A stretch of DNA of 64,000 bases from Podospora anserina (taxonomy: Eukaryota), in the NCBI GenBank assembly GCA_017654855.1, contig CM030332.1:806001-870000 (forward strand). Reading direction: 5' to 3'. Of the stretch, positions 51,488 to 64,000 are shown piece by piece. The stretch's first letter is position 1. Every line of letters starts with the position of its first letter. The position numbers were made by a program, and so were the translations under genes. The notes under the pieces were generated by a model. It did not search any database and was not told the origin of the DNA. It saw only the letters and a list, made by a program, of their open reading frames with translations.

Positions 51488-54181
51488 ATGGATATCCACC
51501 GGTGCCGTTTTGTGCAATATCCTCCCCAAGCCATCAATTCCGTCGCCTTTACACATTCCTCGCTTCCCTCGACCAGCGCCGGCAAGAAATATCTACAGAA
51601 ACATGTCCAGGTCCGGCTGGCCATAGGAAGGGCAAATGGCGACATTGAGATCTGGAACCCCGCTAATGGCGTGTGGCATCAAGAACTCGTGATTCCTGGG
51701 GGTGAAGACCGCAGCGTCGATGGCTTAGTCTGGGTTACGGATCCTGATGAGGAGATGACTGATGGCAAGATCATCTACGGCAAATCGAGATTGTTCAGCA
51801 TTGGGTACAGCAACGAGATCACCGAATGGGATCTGGAAAAGGCCAGAGCCAAGGTACACGCGAGCGGGCAGCACGGCGACATCTGGTGTCTGGGTGTCCA
51901 GCCACTCCCCAACAAGGCGACTGTCAACACCAGCCGGAAGCTTGTCGCAGGCACCGCTGATGGCAACCTGGTTCTCTACTCGATCGAGGACGGCGATCTC
52001 AAGTTCGAGAAGAGCTTGATCAGAACACCTTCCAAGAAGGTCAAGTTTGTCAGCATCACCTTCCAAAACCGAAACGTCGTCGTCGTCGGCTGCTCCAACA
52101 GCACAATATGCGCATATGACATCCGGAACGGGGAGCTGGTGAGACAGATGTCCCTGGGCGCAGATCTTTCGGGAGGTCCTAAGAGTATCATTGTCTGGGC
52201 TGTGAAGTGCCTTCCCAATGGCGACATCGTCTCAGGCGACTCGACCGGCCAGGTGCGCATCTACGATGGCAAGACCTATACTCAGGCGCAAAGAATCCAG
52301 AGTCACAGCCAGGATGTCCTGAGCTTGGCTGTTGCCTCTGATGGATCCAAGATCTTCTCTGGCGGCATGGACCGAAAGACCTCGGTGTTCATCCAGGTTC
52401 CTGGGCAAAACCGCCGGTGGAGCAAAAAGTATCACAGGAGATATCACACGCATGATGTCAAGGCGATGGCTTCTTTCGAGGGCAAGGGCATGAGCGTGCT
52501 GGTATCTGGCGGTATGTTTTGATCGGATAACCGTTGCCCCGAATTGCAAACTGACAAGATCATGATAACAGGTCCCGACGGCAACCCCGTGGTGATGCCC
52601 TTGCGCATGGCCGGAAACGAGAACCATAGAACATTGCCTAATCTTCCACAAGCATCTGCCGTGGAGAGTGCTCCTAAGGCACGCTTCATGCTCAGCTGGT
52701 GGGGGAACGAAGTCCGACTCTGGCACCTGCCCAGCCCAGCCCAGCAAATCCTCCACGACGCGTCCGCCACACAAAACTTCACCTCGCAGAGCCTGCGCAA
52801 GAACCGCAAGCTTCTCGCCAAGATCTTGGTCAGGGGCGAATCTCATATTTCATCCGCCACCATCAGCGAAGATGGTAAGCTCCTCGCTGCCGCCACCTCT
52901 ACAGACATCAAAGTCTTCCAGCTCAATTACGCCACTGGCCAGCCACTCGAGATCAAGAAGATCGATCTTGATACTTCTGGCCAAGGCGCGTCCAAGGTCC
53001 AGATTGCGCCCAACAAGCAATGGATCTCGTGGGTTGAGGATGGAAGCAAGGTCATGATCGCCAAGGTTCAACCTACCGAAGACGGCAGCTACACCATCTC
53101 GTCTCCTTCAAAACTCGCCCGTCTTAGACGTCAGATCTCCAAGAACCTCCTTCTTGGTGGGCTCGGCAACTACAACAGGAACATCACCCAACTCACCTTT
53201 TCCCCCAACAGCAAAATGCTCGCCGCTGCCGACTTGGCCGGGTACATGGACACCTGGGTATTACGCGTCCCCGGGGACGCCCCTTTGACCAACGGCACGA
53301 CGACGGCCCACCACTCTGATGACGAGGCCTCATCCGATGACTCTTCGTCAGACGAGTCCTCTTCTGAGTCCTCGGCGGACCCCAACGCGGAGCGCTGGAC
53401 CCGCAGCCCTAACGCCCGTCTCCTTCCCAAGCTCTCCTCTGCCCCTGTGGTGTTGTCGTTTTCTCCGAGGGATGATTACTCCCTATTGGTGGTGACCATC
53501 CAGAAGCAGGTCCTTGTGTTCAGCGCCCTCCAGGGGGTGCTGTCCGAGTGGTCGAGGAGGAACGCGTACCCCAAGCTCCCCGAGCGGTTCAGGATTACGA
53601 GGGACGTCATGAAGGGCGTTGTCTGGCAAGGGGAGAGGATCTGGCTTTGGGGTGTGAGCAGCTTGTTCATGCTGGACTTGTCTAGAGATTTGGAGTTTGC
53701 CGAGGGTGCGACTGTTGTCAAGGGGAAGAAGGACAGGTCCAAGAAGAGGAAGAGGGTTGACGGGAGCGGTGCGGGGGGGAAGATGGAAGGGAGGGAGGTG
53801 ATTGGGCCGCAGGTGGTGAAGAAGATGGTGCAGGGGGAGGATGGGGAGACGAGGTGGGAGGAGATGGAGCTGGATGGGGAGGATGACTGGGCGAGTACAG
53901 CTGGGGGGAGTGAGTTTGAGGATGATGAGGAGGAAGGGGGTGAGCTGATGAAGTTGAGACAGGGGGAGGAGGAACATGAGGAGGAGGAGGGGGCTAATGG
54001 GACTGTGGCGGTTGCGGAAAAGGACAAGAAGGCGAGGTGGTGGTTTACGTATCAATTTAGGCCGATATTGGGGGTTGTCGGGCTTGGGGAGGAGGAGAGT
54101 GAGATTGCTGTTGTGGAGAGGCCGGTGGAGGCGGATGGGGGTAAGGAGAGGTATTTTGGGGAGGGGGAGTGGGAGAGGTGA
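51488..54181 (+). CDS. UTP4: U3 snoRNA-associated WD40 protein of the SSU processome
   Basis: N-terminus MDIHRCRFVQYPP...LAIGRANGDIEIWNP, WD40 repeats (VSGDSTGQV, RRYHTHDVKAM) and C-terminal YQFRPILG...VVERP. Intron 52512-52571. Confidence 0.9.
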
Positions 54182-57100
54182 ATGTGAGGAGGCTTACGAC
54201 GACGTTGAGGGGGTAGTCTTGGACATGAGCCGGGTGGATTGTCCAGATCTGGTGAAGGCATTGCGATAGGTTGCCTTTACGGTCAGAGGACAGTGTGTGG
54301 GATTGCACAAGAGATGTAGATGGTTTCTGTAAATAAATGGCTTTCCGAGTTTCTAAAAAGATGGGAGTTTTAGGTAATGGAATAATCGAGCTGGTTAGAT
54401 GGTATCTGTTTGGTGTGCGTGATGTAGAAGATGGCGTGTTGGTATGCTTTGATGCAGGTATTTCATTCAATCTTGATGATACTGCCAGTCAGTCACATCT
54501 TCAAGTTCTGTTGATTTGTCTGTCTGACCTCAAGTCAAGCACACAAATCAACTACCCATCTACCTTATCCCTGGGGGGGGACCGGCGGGGGGGGGCAGGA
54601 CAAACATTAGTGGTATCTCCCTCCTCCACCACTTCCATCCTCTGAACTACTCTAATACCTCCTCAACCTCACATTTCCAACCCCCACACTGCCTAGGTAC
54701 CTTGTAGCCGTCGGGGAGCCGGACCATCAACATCCCCCTCGGCCTTTTTTCTTTCCTACTAGTCGTAGATGGAGAGAGGTAGGTATGTATCACAGCATCT
54801 CTCGGTTCGAACTTGAGCAACCTAGGGAAAAGTATACCCGCTTCATCAAGTGGACTAGGTAGGTCTAGAACAACCAGAGCAAGGTAGGGAGGGAGGTGGG
54901 GCGGTGGTGTCAAAGGATAAAAGCAGTAGTATCACCGTGTACTGCAGGTTGGTTGTCTGCTGATAATGGGGCATCATCATTCAATCATCTTCCACGTATT
55001 ACGACAACGGTCGAGGTGGTGTCACTAGTTTGTATGTCTACGTTGCGTAGGTATTTGCCGGCTTGTCCGAGACATTTTTATTCAGTACAGTAGACATCAT
55101 CTCGGCCGGGTGAACAAGCTACTTGACCTGAATTCGCCGTCTCCAGGGTCCGTGGGTTTGATCTCCATCCTGAGAGTATCCCTCAAGCAGGTGAATAGAC
55201 CATCTTTCATAAACCTATCCATACTCCCTGACCGGGTCAGGCCGGAGCGGGGAGGCTCACATCCGAACAAGCAAGCAGCAGGACCGGGTATGTAAGATGT
55301 TCCTTTTCCGGTCTTAGTGCCACGACGAGGGGGGAGGAGGCTCTTGAGCCAAACGAGTTGGTTGGTTGGTTGGCTGGCTGGGTCGGGTGGGCTGGGAAGA
55401 AATTTCAGAGAGACGCGCGTCCTGTCCTGGCCATTGCTTGTTCACTGAATGTGGGTTTGCTTGATGGCTTCTTGATCCAGTTTGGGGTTGCGGCCTGGTG
55501 GGGAATGTTGGAGCCAAGAAGAGGTTAGGAGCGAGTTTGGTTGTTGGGGGAGAGTTGCGTACAAGGAGCGGTGTTGAGTTCTCAAGTCTTGATCTTGGTG
55601 TGTTACTGAGAAGCCAGGTAGAGCTTCGGGCGGTGTCTTTGATCATGTTGGTGCTGCTTTGGGGTTCAGGTCCTTCTGAAGCCCTCGACAGCAAGTGGTG
55701 GCCGAAAGGAGCATCTGGATGACCGAGCTCGACATGAATGATTAACCTTCCACGTATGAACCTTGATATGACCGAGATTGAGACGGGAAGACGTGGTATA
55801 GCGGCCCGAACGGGAGCACGGGATGTTAAAGGAGACGGACGAGCCGTTCATACCGAAACTGGACCGACAGCTCTACGCTCACCATTATGAGATGACACCG
55901 GGCAATCTGCATGCCAGTCATATCAACCCCAAAGCCAGGAGACTACCGCTCCCGTGTACCCCACGAACAATATAATCATCCTGATACCTTCCTGTGCTAT
56001 TCGGGGAGGTTTGGGATATGGTCCCTGCCCCAAATCATGTGTCAGGTTGCAAGAGGTCGTCCACGTAAGACACATGGTTACAAGCGTGCTCCTAAAGGGG
56101 AGCGGTCGAGTCTGCCGGGTGCGTGGGCCATCGAACGGCTTCTTATAAAGTGACAAAGTGCCAAGACCGAGACTAATCAATCTGGATTCTGCAGCACCTA
56201 CCCATCGTCTGCCCGGATTTTCGAGAGCAGAGGGGGTTATCAAGACATCCGAAGCAAGAGAAAGATAACAGGAGATGGCTGACACAAACAGGTTGTTGTG
56301 GCCCTAGACGACCTCGGCAACGAATGAGCGACGTGCAGTGGTCTGGAAGGCGTAGAAGGCTGGCAGGCTGGCAGACCAGAAGGCTGACGAGATGGTTGAT
56401 TCATCATGTTGTCTGGCTGTCTGGGGAGTAAACGGCGTGGCGGCCATCTGCAAAAGTCAGATGAAGAGGGTCAAGGCGCCGCGTAATCGCTGCCCTGAAC
56501 GCCACTGCAGACACACCCCTCTCTAGCCACAGTGTTCCCGGCTGGCTGAGCCTTCTTTCTTACACTGTGTTGACGACTTGGTTCCAAGTGAGCGCTGACC
56601 AGTATGATCCTCTCATGCTCTGCTGCCCCAAGTTATGTTGGAGATCAACGTATTCGTGTAGGCCTCATTGCGACCTGTGGAGCACAAGAACGGTTGATCC
56701 AGGCTGCTAATGTCTTTCGTTTCTCGCCGTCTCCTGACTGATTGATGACCGGACTGGTTCGGGGGCACTGGAAGTCGTCAGTGCTGGTCCATGCTTGAGT
56801 AACCTCGAGGAGGTCATTCGATGGCTTTCTTCATCCCGTTTGGGGAAGGAAGTTTTGGTGAGTGGCAACAAGGCGTCAGCTCATGTTGAATCGCCGTGTC
56901 AGCAGTCGCGAGTCGAGAACAGATGAACTATAGCGTCGAGGAGGTGGAAAAGATCAAATGTTGGATATCACATTGTACACTCATGATCCTGGTTGGCACA
57001 GTGTGCCGGGAAGCGGCTCTTGTTAGGTAGTGGAGGCAGCAAAGCCAAACGGTTGCTAAAAGTGTTGACGCCTTTTTGCCTGTTGCTTCAACCGCCCAAC

Positions 57101-57933
57101 AGTAAATGGTCAGTGAGGATATCACAGAGTGCTTGGCGGTATTAATAGCACGGGACCGATTCGGTTGTGTAATGTTGGACACCTGCACACACAATGGACA
57201 ATGGCATTCGGATTCGAAGATGACCATTCTGGAATCTACAGCTGCATGATGAGAAGGAAGAAAGAGTTGGAAGGACCGTGATTGGCTGGGCTAGATCTCC
57301 CAGCCACAATCGGGAAGTGGGTAGAGGCTAATAAGCCACGCCTCGTCATCCTAGACTGTGGATCATCTTCAGTGTCTGACTGCAACCCAGCGACAAGCGA
57401 GGCGATCATCTGTTGTTCAGTTTTCCGGAGGATTTCGAGAGGGAAAGTGTAGATATATAGGAACGGGGAAATCGTAACGAAAAATGACTCCGTTCCGAAT
57501 GGATGGACCCTGATATCTGGCAGCGTTTTGGTGTTCTCTTGGGTGATGCTTGAGGCGGAGGCCGATGCGTGTGCAAGACGTCTTTGGGGGCGGAGGGATC
57601 TGGCAACGGCCGTTGATTGGCCCGGGCGTGGGTGAGAACGCGCGTCCAGTCCAGTCTGGCACCCAAGACGCCTCTTCTCCGTGCGTCCCCCTCCTCCCTC
57701 ACTTGCTGTTTGTTCCCTAGCGCAGATGCCAGATGCATCGACACCCCCTCGGCAGAAGACATTTGACTCTTGAGCATACGTACTGCAGTCTTCGTAGTAG
57801 TGTAGAAAAGACAATCCTCTGATCTGAACAGAACCAGACCAGGCGGCCCGAAAGGGGAAACAAAATCGTTTATGTACTGCCACGCAACACTCGGAGTGTG
57901 CGATTAGGAGGGCCATACGTATGCCAGCCATCC

Positions 57934-57936
<3 letters not shown>

Positions 57937-57971
<35 letters not shown>

Positions 57972-58000
57972 ACACACACACACACCACACACACACACAC
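57937..58000. repeat. Interrupted (AC)n microsatellite, ~64 bp
   Basis: Seen directly upstream of PNG1. Confidence 0.92.
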
Positions 58001-58699
58001 TGTCTCCATCCCCACCCCCCATCTGCACCTCAGCTTTATCCCCCCTTGTCTCCTCCGGGCCACCCTCTGGCTCCCGCAACCCTGTCTTTTGTCTGCCTGG
58101 CCCTCCGCCATCTTCAAACCAATCCGTACCTACCCTACACATCTCCTCGTCACTCCCAGAGCCTGCGAGGCCTGTTCCTCGAACTGCTCAAACCACGACA
58201 CCGCATCCGCTCCTGTTCCGACAAGGAGTCGCCTGCTTGTCAAACAGCGAGGTCTAAAGGTCGACTATAGTGGGTAAAGAAAGGAGGACGACATTAATAC
58301 GTAGCGACAATTCGCAATCCGCAATTAGGCGCCGGGAAGGAAAGACCAACACCACCGGCAATCATCGAATTCTCTACCTCTTCACGACGACAACGTTTGC
58401 TACGACGTACGCCCGAGACGAGGAACGGGCAACGAGACAGAGACGCGTGCCGTGTGTACGACTGGTCCACGAAAGCGTGGCGATATTTGGACGACGCTTC
58501 AGCAAACGATTGCGGGCTGCTGACGTTGCTGGGAGCCTGAAAGTGGATAGTAGTCAACACTACCCCCTTGATTGCTGCGCACTCGTTATAACCGTCATTC
58601 GCACATTGGGCGCTGCTTAGAACCAAACTACAGCTATTGCACTGTCAAACGCATCTTTGCACAACGGCTGCGACACACCTCCGTCGCCGAGACTACATC

Positions 58700-60123
58700 A
58701 TGGCTGCCGACCGGGGAAGTGCCCCTCCGGGCTCGGGCCAGTTTGGGGAGGAATGGGCTCACGACCTCAGAGTTCAATTCGAGCAACTATTGCGGACGAA
58801 GCGCCTGAACGAACTTCAAACATCATCGCGGTCCGAATCCTCATCTAGGGCTTCATCCGTTGGCCCCGACGGTACCTATGCCTCGGGCTCCTCACAAGCA
58901 CCTCCACCATCATACTCCGCCGTCCGAAACCTTCCCAAGGTTCCTCGAGCACCAGCGCCCAACGACGCAGCATCCATTAAGTTTAGAAACTTGCTTATCT
59001 CGCTTTCAGCGACCCCCACCAAATATGAAAACCCGGGTCTGCTCGACGAGGCCCTTCAAGTCATTCCATTGGATAGAATATACGGCGAGGCGGAAGAAGA
59101 GACTCAAGTATTGCAAGCGCAGGCTGAGAGCATGGGCGATGGGAGGAAACCAGAATGGGGCTATCAAGATTGCGTCATTCGCGCACTTCTCAGGTACGTC
59201 TCGGACATGTTCTAGGTCCCTGCCCCAAATAATCGCTAACGCTATCTTCTAGATGGTTCAAGAGACAGTTCTTCACATGGGTCAACAATCCTCCATGTCC
59301 CATCTGCCTTTCACCAACAGTTGCCAAGGGTATGACCCCACCCATGCCGGAGGAGAAAGCTTGTGGCGCTTTGCGCGTAGAGCTCTACCAGTGTGCCAGC
59401 CAGCATTGTGGAGCATATGAGAGGTTTCCCCGGTACAGCGACGTGTGGCGCTTGCTGCAGACAAGACGCGGACGTTGCGGTGAGTGGGCTAACTGCTTCA
59501 GCATGCTTTGCCGGGCAGTCGGTGGGCGAGTACGCTGGGTATGGAATGCCGAGGACCACGTATGGACCGAGGTATACTCGGAGCATCAGAAGCGGTGGGT
59601 TCATGTGGATGCGTGCGAGGAGTCTTGGGACAACCCACGACTTTACACGGAGGGCTGGGGCAAGAAGATGTCCTACTGCATCGCCTTCTCCATCGACGGT
59701 GCCACCGATGTTACGAGACGCTACGTGCGAAAGATGGAATGCTACAACGACCGCAGCCGATGCCCAGAAGAGGTCTTGCTATATATATTACAAGAAATCA
59801 AGCACCTGAGGCGGGCCAACATGCCCAAAGAGGATCGGTTCCGGCTGGAAAAGGAGGACTCGAGGGAGGACCGCGAATTGCGGAGCTATGTGGTGGCGTC
59901 CATCACACAGGCGGTGACCGAGCTTGTCCCAGGACAAGTCAATACCAGCAGCCAGCGAGGAACCCCGACCAACGACGATACCAAGGTGCCTGTCTCCGCT
60001 GACTTACCTGTCCGCCAAAGTGGAAATGCCGAGTGGGTGGCTGCTCGCGGAGAAAACGGGCAACGAAATCAACAAAACCAACGGTTCCAACCGCCACATA
60101 ACCAAGGACCACGGTTCCCTTAA
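58700..60123 (+). CDS. PNG1: Cytosolic peptide:N-glycanase (transglutaminase-like fold)
   Basis: [60 protein letters not shown] and DVTRRY. Intron 59194-59252. Confidence 0.93.
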
Positions 60124-60588
60124 TCCATCATGGGTTTTGTTCTTCCAAACACACCAACCATTTACTCGGCAAAACAAGAAGCGCGGACCGAGGACGGATT
60201 TCGCCGCTTTCTGCAGCATGATACCCACCGTTCTCGGGCTAGCAATCTTGTCGAGCTTGCACGTCAATGAATTGTTCGAATCGTCATTGCGCCACACCAA
60301 GGCGAACTAATTTCATAACGTCACGACAGACCCTCCGCGGTCAACGAAGTATTTACAACAATACACATAACCATTTTCCTTTTGTTTTATCACATTCATC
60401 AGTCATCCATCGGTCTTGTTTGAATAATCCAAGTAGCAAACAGCAGGCGTGTCGGCGCTTCAGGCAGTATAGGCGTGGGTGGGTGGAAAGGGAAAGGTGT
60501 GTGGGAAATTATTTGGGAACCAACTACCTCTTTATATATATATACCCTCAGCAAAGTGTTGGTATTTGACTGTGTGGTAGCGGCGTCT

Positions 60589-60599
<11 letters not shown>

Positions 60600-60632
<33 letters not shown>
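60600..60632. repeat. Poly(T) tract of ~33 nt
   Basis: Seen directly downstream of PNG1; no flanking retroelement signature. Confidence 0.9.
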
Positions 60633-60633
<1 letters not shown>

Positions 60634-62369
60634 GGGTGGGGGGTGTGAAAGGGGACAGAGAGAAACATAATTTTGAGCTGGTTTTTTGTTTTTGTTTGTT
60701 TGTTTTTACACTTATGTCATGTGTTGCATGAATGAAGGTTGAATGATTGAGTTGAGGGGAATATAACATGGAGTCGTGGCGGGCTGCTTGGGAATTTTAT
60801 GGGATGGAAATGGGAATAACATGGAGAGCAAAGGAGAACGAACTACCACTACTGGGAAGGCCAAAACAAAAGCGGTTGATGGAGGTGGTGATGATTGTGT
60901 GCATACTTGGGGGAAGAGAAGAGAAGCAATGAATAGATGTTGCATGCTGCTGCCTACATTTTTGCTGGATTACAGTGATCTGCTCGATTGTCTATAGAGT
61001 TTGTATGTCTTCGAAGCTGACTCGACAAAAAACCTGAGCCAAGAATTGACCCCTTTTTGGGGAAAAGGGGGGTGGGGCAAAACGCTCAGGCATTTTCAAC
61101 CGTTGCCAATGGCCGTTGAGGAACAAGTGTCAATTCAACTTGGCTGCTGCCGGCTAGGATCAAGATACTGATGGCTTTCGAGGCTGGGTATCTTACCTAT
61201 CTACCTATCTCGCAAATGAAGTGATAGATTGAAGCGAGGACGATCATTTAGATGGGTTCTGTTGTGGAACCGGTGACCCCCACGCTTGTGAGGCATGCCC
61301 GCGTGGGTGGTGAGAGAGTGGGTGAGTGAGGATGAGTTGAGGAGATTAGCGAGGTTGAAGTGATAGAGTATGATTATGGAAGGTCTCTTCCGGTTCAGGA
61401 TGTCAATGGGTGTGGGTATAGGCACCTGAGCTTCCATGTGGACAGTGGCTTTATCTGGAGAGGTGTTTTTTGTAAGAGTTTATGGACCATTGGGGCTTTT
61501 TCTTTGATATTATCTGCCTCCTACTTAATGGAAAATTGTGGAAGAGTTGTGGGCAAGATAGGGAAGCTGAGGGAGGTTGTTTAGTACTACCAACGAAGAA
61601 GGGTTCAAAAAGTCATCCGGACGGTTAGGTAAGTTTTAAGTGTCTTTCTAGGCCCGTTACCTATGTGAGCTGTGAAGATATATCGACAGCTCCAAGCAAA
61701 AGACCGTTCTAGGATGTAACAACAGGTATTTAGTTAGATGGACAATCTGTTTGGGCTGCCATGTTTCGAGAAGACTATGCTCATGTAGCAGCTTTTTGTA
61801 ACCCTTCAAGGGCTAGCGAGTATGTATGGTCATGATGTTTGGGGGAAATGTTTAACGACCGGGTCGCGCAAGTGTTGCTGCTGTTCAGAGAATTCTCCAC
61901 CAGCTAAGAACTGAGGGATGGATATCAATTGCCAAGTGACTTTTATGACTTGTGGCTTGTTAGCACGAGTCAGGTCTACTTCGGAGTTGTGCTTGGTACC
62001 TTAGTGATGGCTTACACCACCAACCTTGGGTCTCCTATGCCGTGATGGGTCAGGCGGCTTGGCTGGCCATTGAGATGTGTGTCCGAATCTCATTATTCAC
62101 TGGAAAGTTTGAAAGGTTCGAGAGTTACTTGCTCCAAACCCACCTGTCCCAAGCTTCTTTCCCCAGGACTACGTCTGTGGCTTGACACCTCCTGACATCA
62201 GCTCAGACCACAGCAAAACGGGAATCTCGTGAATTCGGATCGAATCTCCGGCCATGGAGGAATCTCCTTCTTCCTCTTTCTCTTCTTTTCTCTTATTCTT
62301 ACCGTCGTCTTGCACCCGGGCGGGGAGGCACTCCCTTCTCTGTCGTCTTTCCCTCTTGCTGAAGACAAT

Positions 62370-63773
62370 ATGAAGCAGCAGGTACGTGTCTTCCTGACTC
62401 TCGACGCATCCGGCCTTTCAAACGAACATTTTGATCATGGCGTCATTTTGACCTACGGGCCAGTGGCCTTGTGTTGTTATCATGCGTCATCCAGAGCCAG
62501 ACGTCCAATTGTGGTGATGCCTTCCCAATTCACAACGACAAGAACTTCGCCCCCGACTCGTGTTACTTTCTAATTTACAAAACCAAAGCCTATTCTTCGA
62601 AGGGAATGTGAATAACTGGACTCAGCTAATCTTCTGTTCAGCAGAATTCAGCCGAAGCCGACGCAAACGTCGTCAGTGCGCCGCCTTCGCAACCGGATAC
62701 CCGACAAACCAAAAATCATAAACATTCACCTGGAGAGAGTTACGGAAAATGGCTATTAGTCGTGAACCGCTACCCTGATGATAATGATGCACTCGAAGTC
62801 TACTGGGCATGTAGGTTGTTCTCATCTTTCATATTTCTTTGTTTGTACACACTCATCGCCAGCACACAAGCCGGCCTGTTGGTCTTGATGTCGCGTAGCT
62901 GGGCACCTTGAAAGGTTCTTGGAAAGGATATGCCGTCAATGAATTTGAGACAAGCTGTTGATAGATGACGATTATGACAGGCAGAAACCATGCTAGGAAG
63001 TGCCTTTTCGCACAGTGTGGCAATGACTGGTGGTACGAGTGTCCCATTCCGATACCTGCTCCTGAATGGAAAAACAGACTATGCTTTTTGCGCAGACGGG
63101 GGACGAGTCACGAGAACGGGAAGCAGACCTTCCAAACAATGACCTCAGAAAACTCCTCGAAAGAGAGCGCTGCAAGAAGAAAGACCTGCCATTTAATGAG
63201 TATTTACACTGGGTTGCCCGACCCCCTGAGGAAGTAAGTAAAACGGCGCAGCATGCCGATGGGGTTAACTAACAGCCCGCCTGGCCCATCGGACCGGCTG
63301 AAGGTGTTCCAAGAACTGGAGTTTGCAAAACAGCGTGAAAGAGAGCTCCAGGCAAGGATTGACGCCATGAGTCATGAGATATCTTGTGAGATGTCTTGGA
63401 GGAAGCATCAGCTCGAGACAAAAATTAAAATAATAGATGAGTTGGAAGTCTTGGTACGGAAACTGTTAGAAAACCAGACCGACTTTTGTTCCTTGAAGAA
63501 GGAGATTAGAGTCGGCGAGGAGAAAGTTATGGAGCTGAAGCGTGCTGAGAAGGAGGCTAGGGAAAAGGTTAGGGTGGCCAATGAGGATGTTGAGAAAGGT
63601 GAAGGAGGAATTGAAGTGTCACAAGGAGAAGGAAACCCAGCTGTTGGATACAATCAAGGCTTTTGGAGGAGGAGAAGTCCGCACTGCTATCCATATACGA
63701 AGACTTTGGCAAGACCCTGGACTCTTCTCGAGACACCGGCAAGCGGAGACGGACAGAGGGACCGGACCACTGA
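62370..63773 (+). pseudogene. Degenerate gene with an N-terminal Cys/His motif (GRF zinc finger-like) and a C-terminal coiled coil
   Basis: Predicted exons MKQQ| (donor GTACGT 62382) |QNSAEAD...GKWLLVVN...VYWA-C (phase-1 intron 62811-62980) RNHARKCLFAQCGNDWWYECP...RLCF. Apparent frameshifts near 63088, 63597 and 63662 stitch the coiled-coil segments. The intron starting GTAAGT at 63234 has TCG where an in-frame AG acceptor is expected (~63291). Confidence 0.45.
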
Positions 63774-64000
63774 CTGGCTTAAAAATGCCCACACGGACAG
63801 TGAACAGATAGCTGATATTAGCAAGAAGCTTCGGTTCAATTCTGCATGCTGTGTCTTGAGGATAAAGGGAGCGAGTAAAGTACGTTTTGAGCAGTCCCCT
63901 TTGCTTGATCATGCTGTGGTACATATCTGGATGAGGTACCCACCTAGGTTTGCTCACTCTTTCAAACTTTTCTTCCGTTCCCACCGAAATGCTATTGTAA

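Noticed and set aside
54647..55900. Short minus-strand ORFs downstream of UTP4 as a gene remnant
   Set aside because: Could not be assembled into a coherent spliced or frameshifted protein; no recognisable motif.
23770..60123. Functional clusters: GlcNAc (chitinase, UAP1, PNG1), NAD (NAD kinase, NPT1) or proteasome delivery (UBR1, DSK2, PNG1)
   Set aside because: The genes are many kb apart and interspersed with unrelated housekeeping genes; no shared regulatory signature was seen.
60600..60632. Poly(T) as the tail of a retroposed element
   Set aside because: No target-site duplication, RT remnant or SINE-like body next to it.

Overview
Eukaryotic, intron-containing, gene-dense DNA from a filamentous ascomycete. 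GT-AG introns of about 50-110 nt with CTRAC branch points, plus the gene content, point to Sordariales (Podospora-like); this is inferred, not searched. I can reconstruct 16 intact genes: UBR1 (5'-truncated by the window edge), PTPA/RRD2, RRP46, an NAD kinase, a Yox1-like homeobox TF, a GRF-type zinc-finger protein, a GH18 chitinase, DSK2, SYM1/Mpv17, UAP1, a TDG/MUG glycosylase, LaeA/LAE1, an amino-acid/choline-type permease, NPT1, UTP4 and PNG1. Signals the ORF track does not explain: (i) a non-tRNA RNA polymerase III-type unit at ~36.04-36.17 kb (minus strand; A box, B box, oligo-T terminator, C/D-like motifs inside); (ii) two decayed GRF-zinc-finger/coiled-coil genes (~19.5-20.4 kb, a tandem paralog of the intact GRF gene, and ~62.4-63.8 kb); (iii) a ~1.3 kb leader before the NAD kinase that is ATG-free except inside a predicted intron; (iv) a cluster of MCB-like ACGCG motifs at the homeobox gene; (v) a chitinase with a substituted catalytic motif; (vi) a possible overlapping uORF or ACG start in the lae1 leader. 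I saw no transposon, rRNA, canonical tRNA or CRISPR. All identifications come from motif recall and manual reading; no database search was run.
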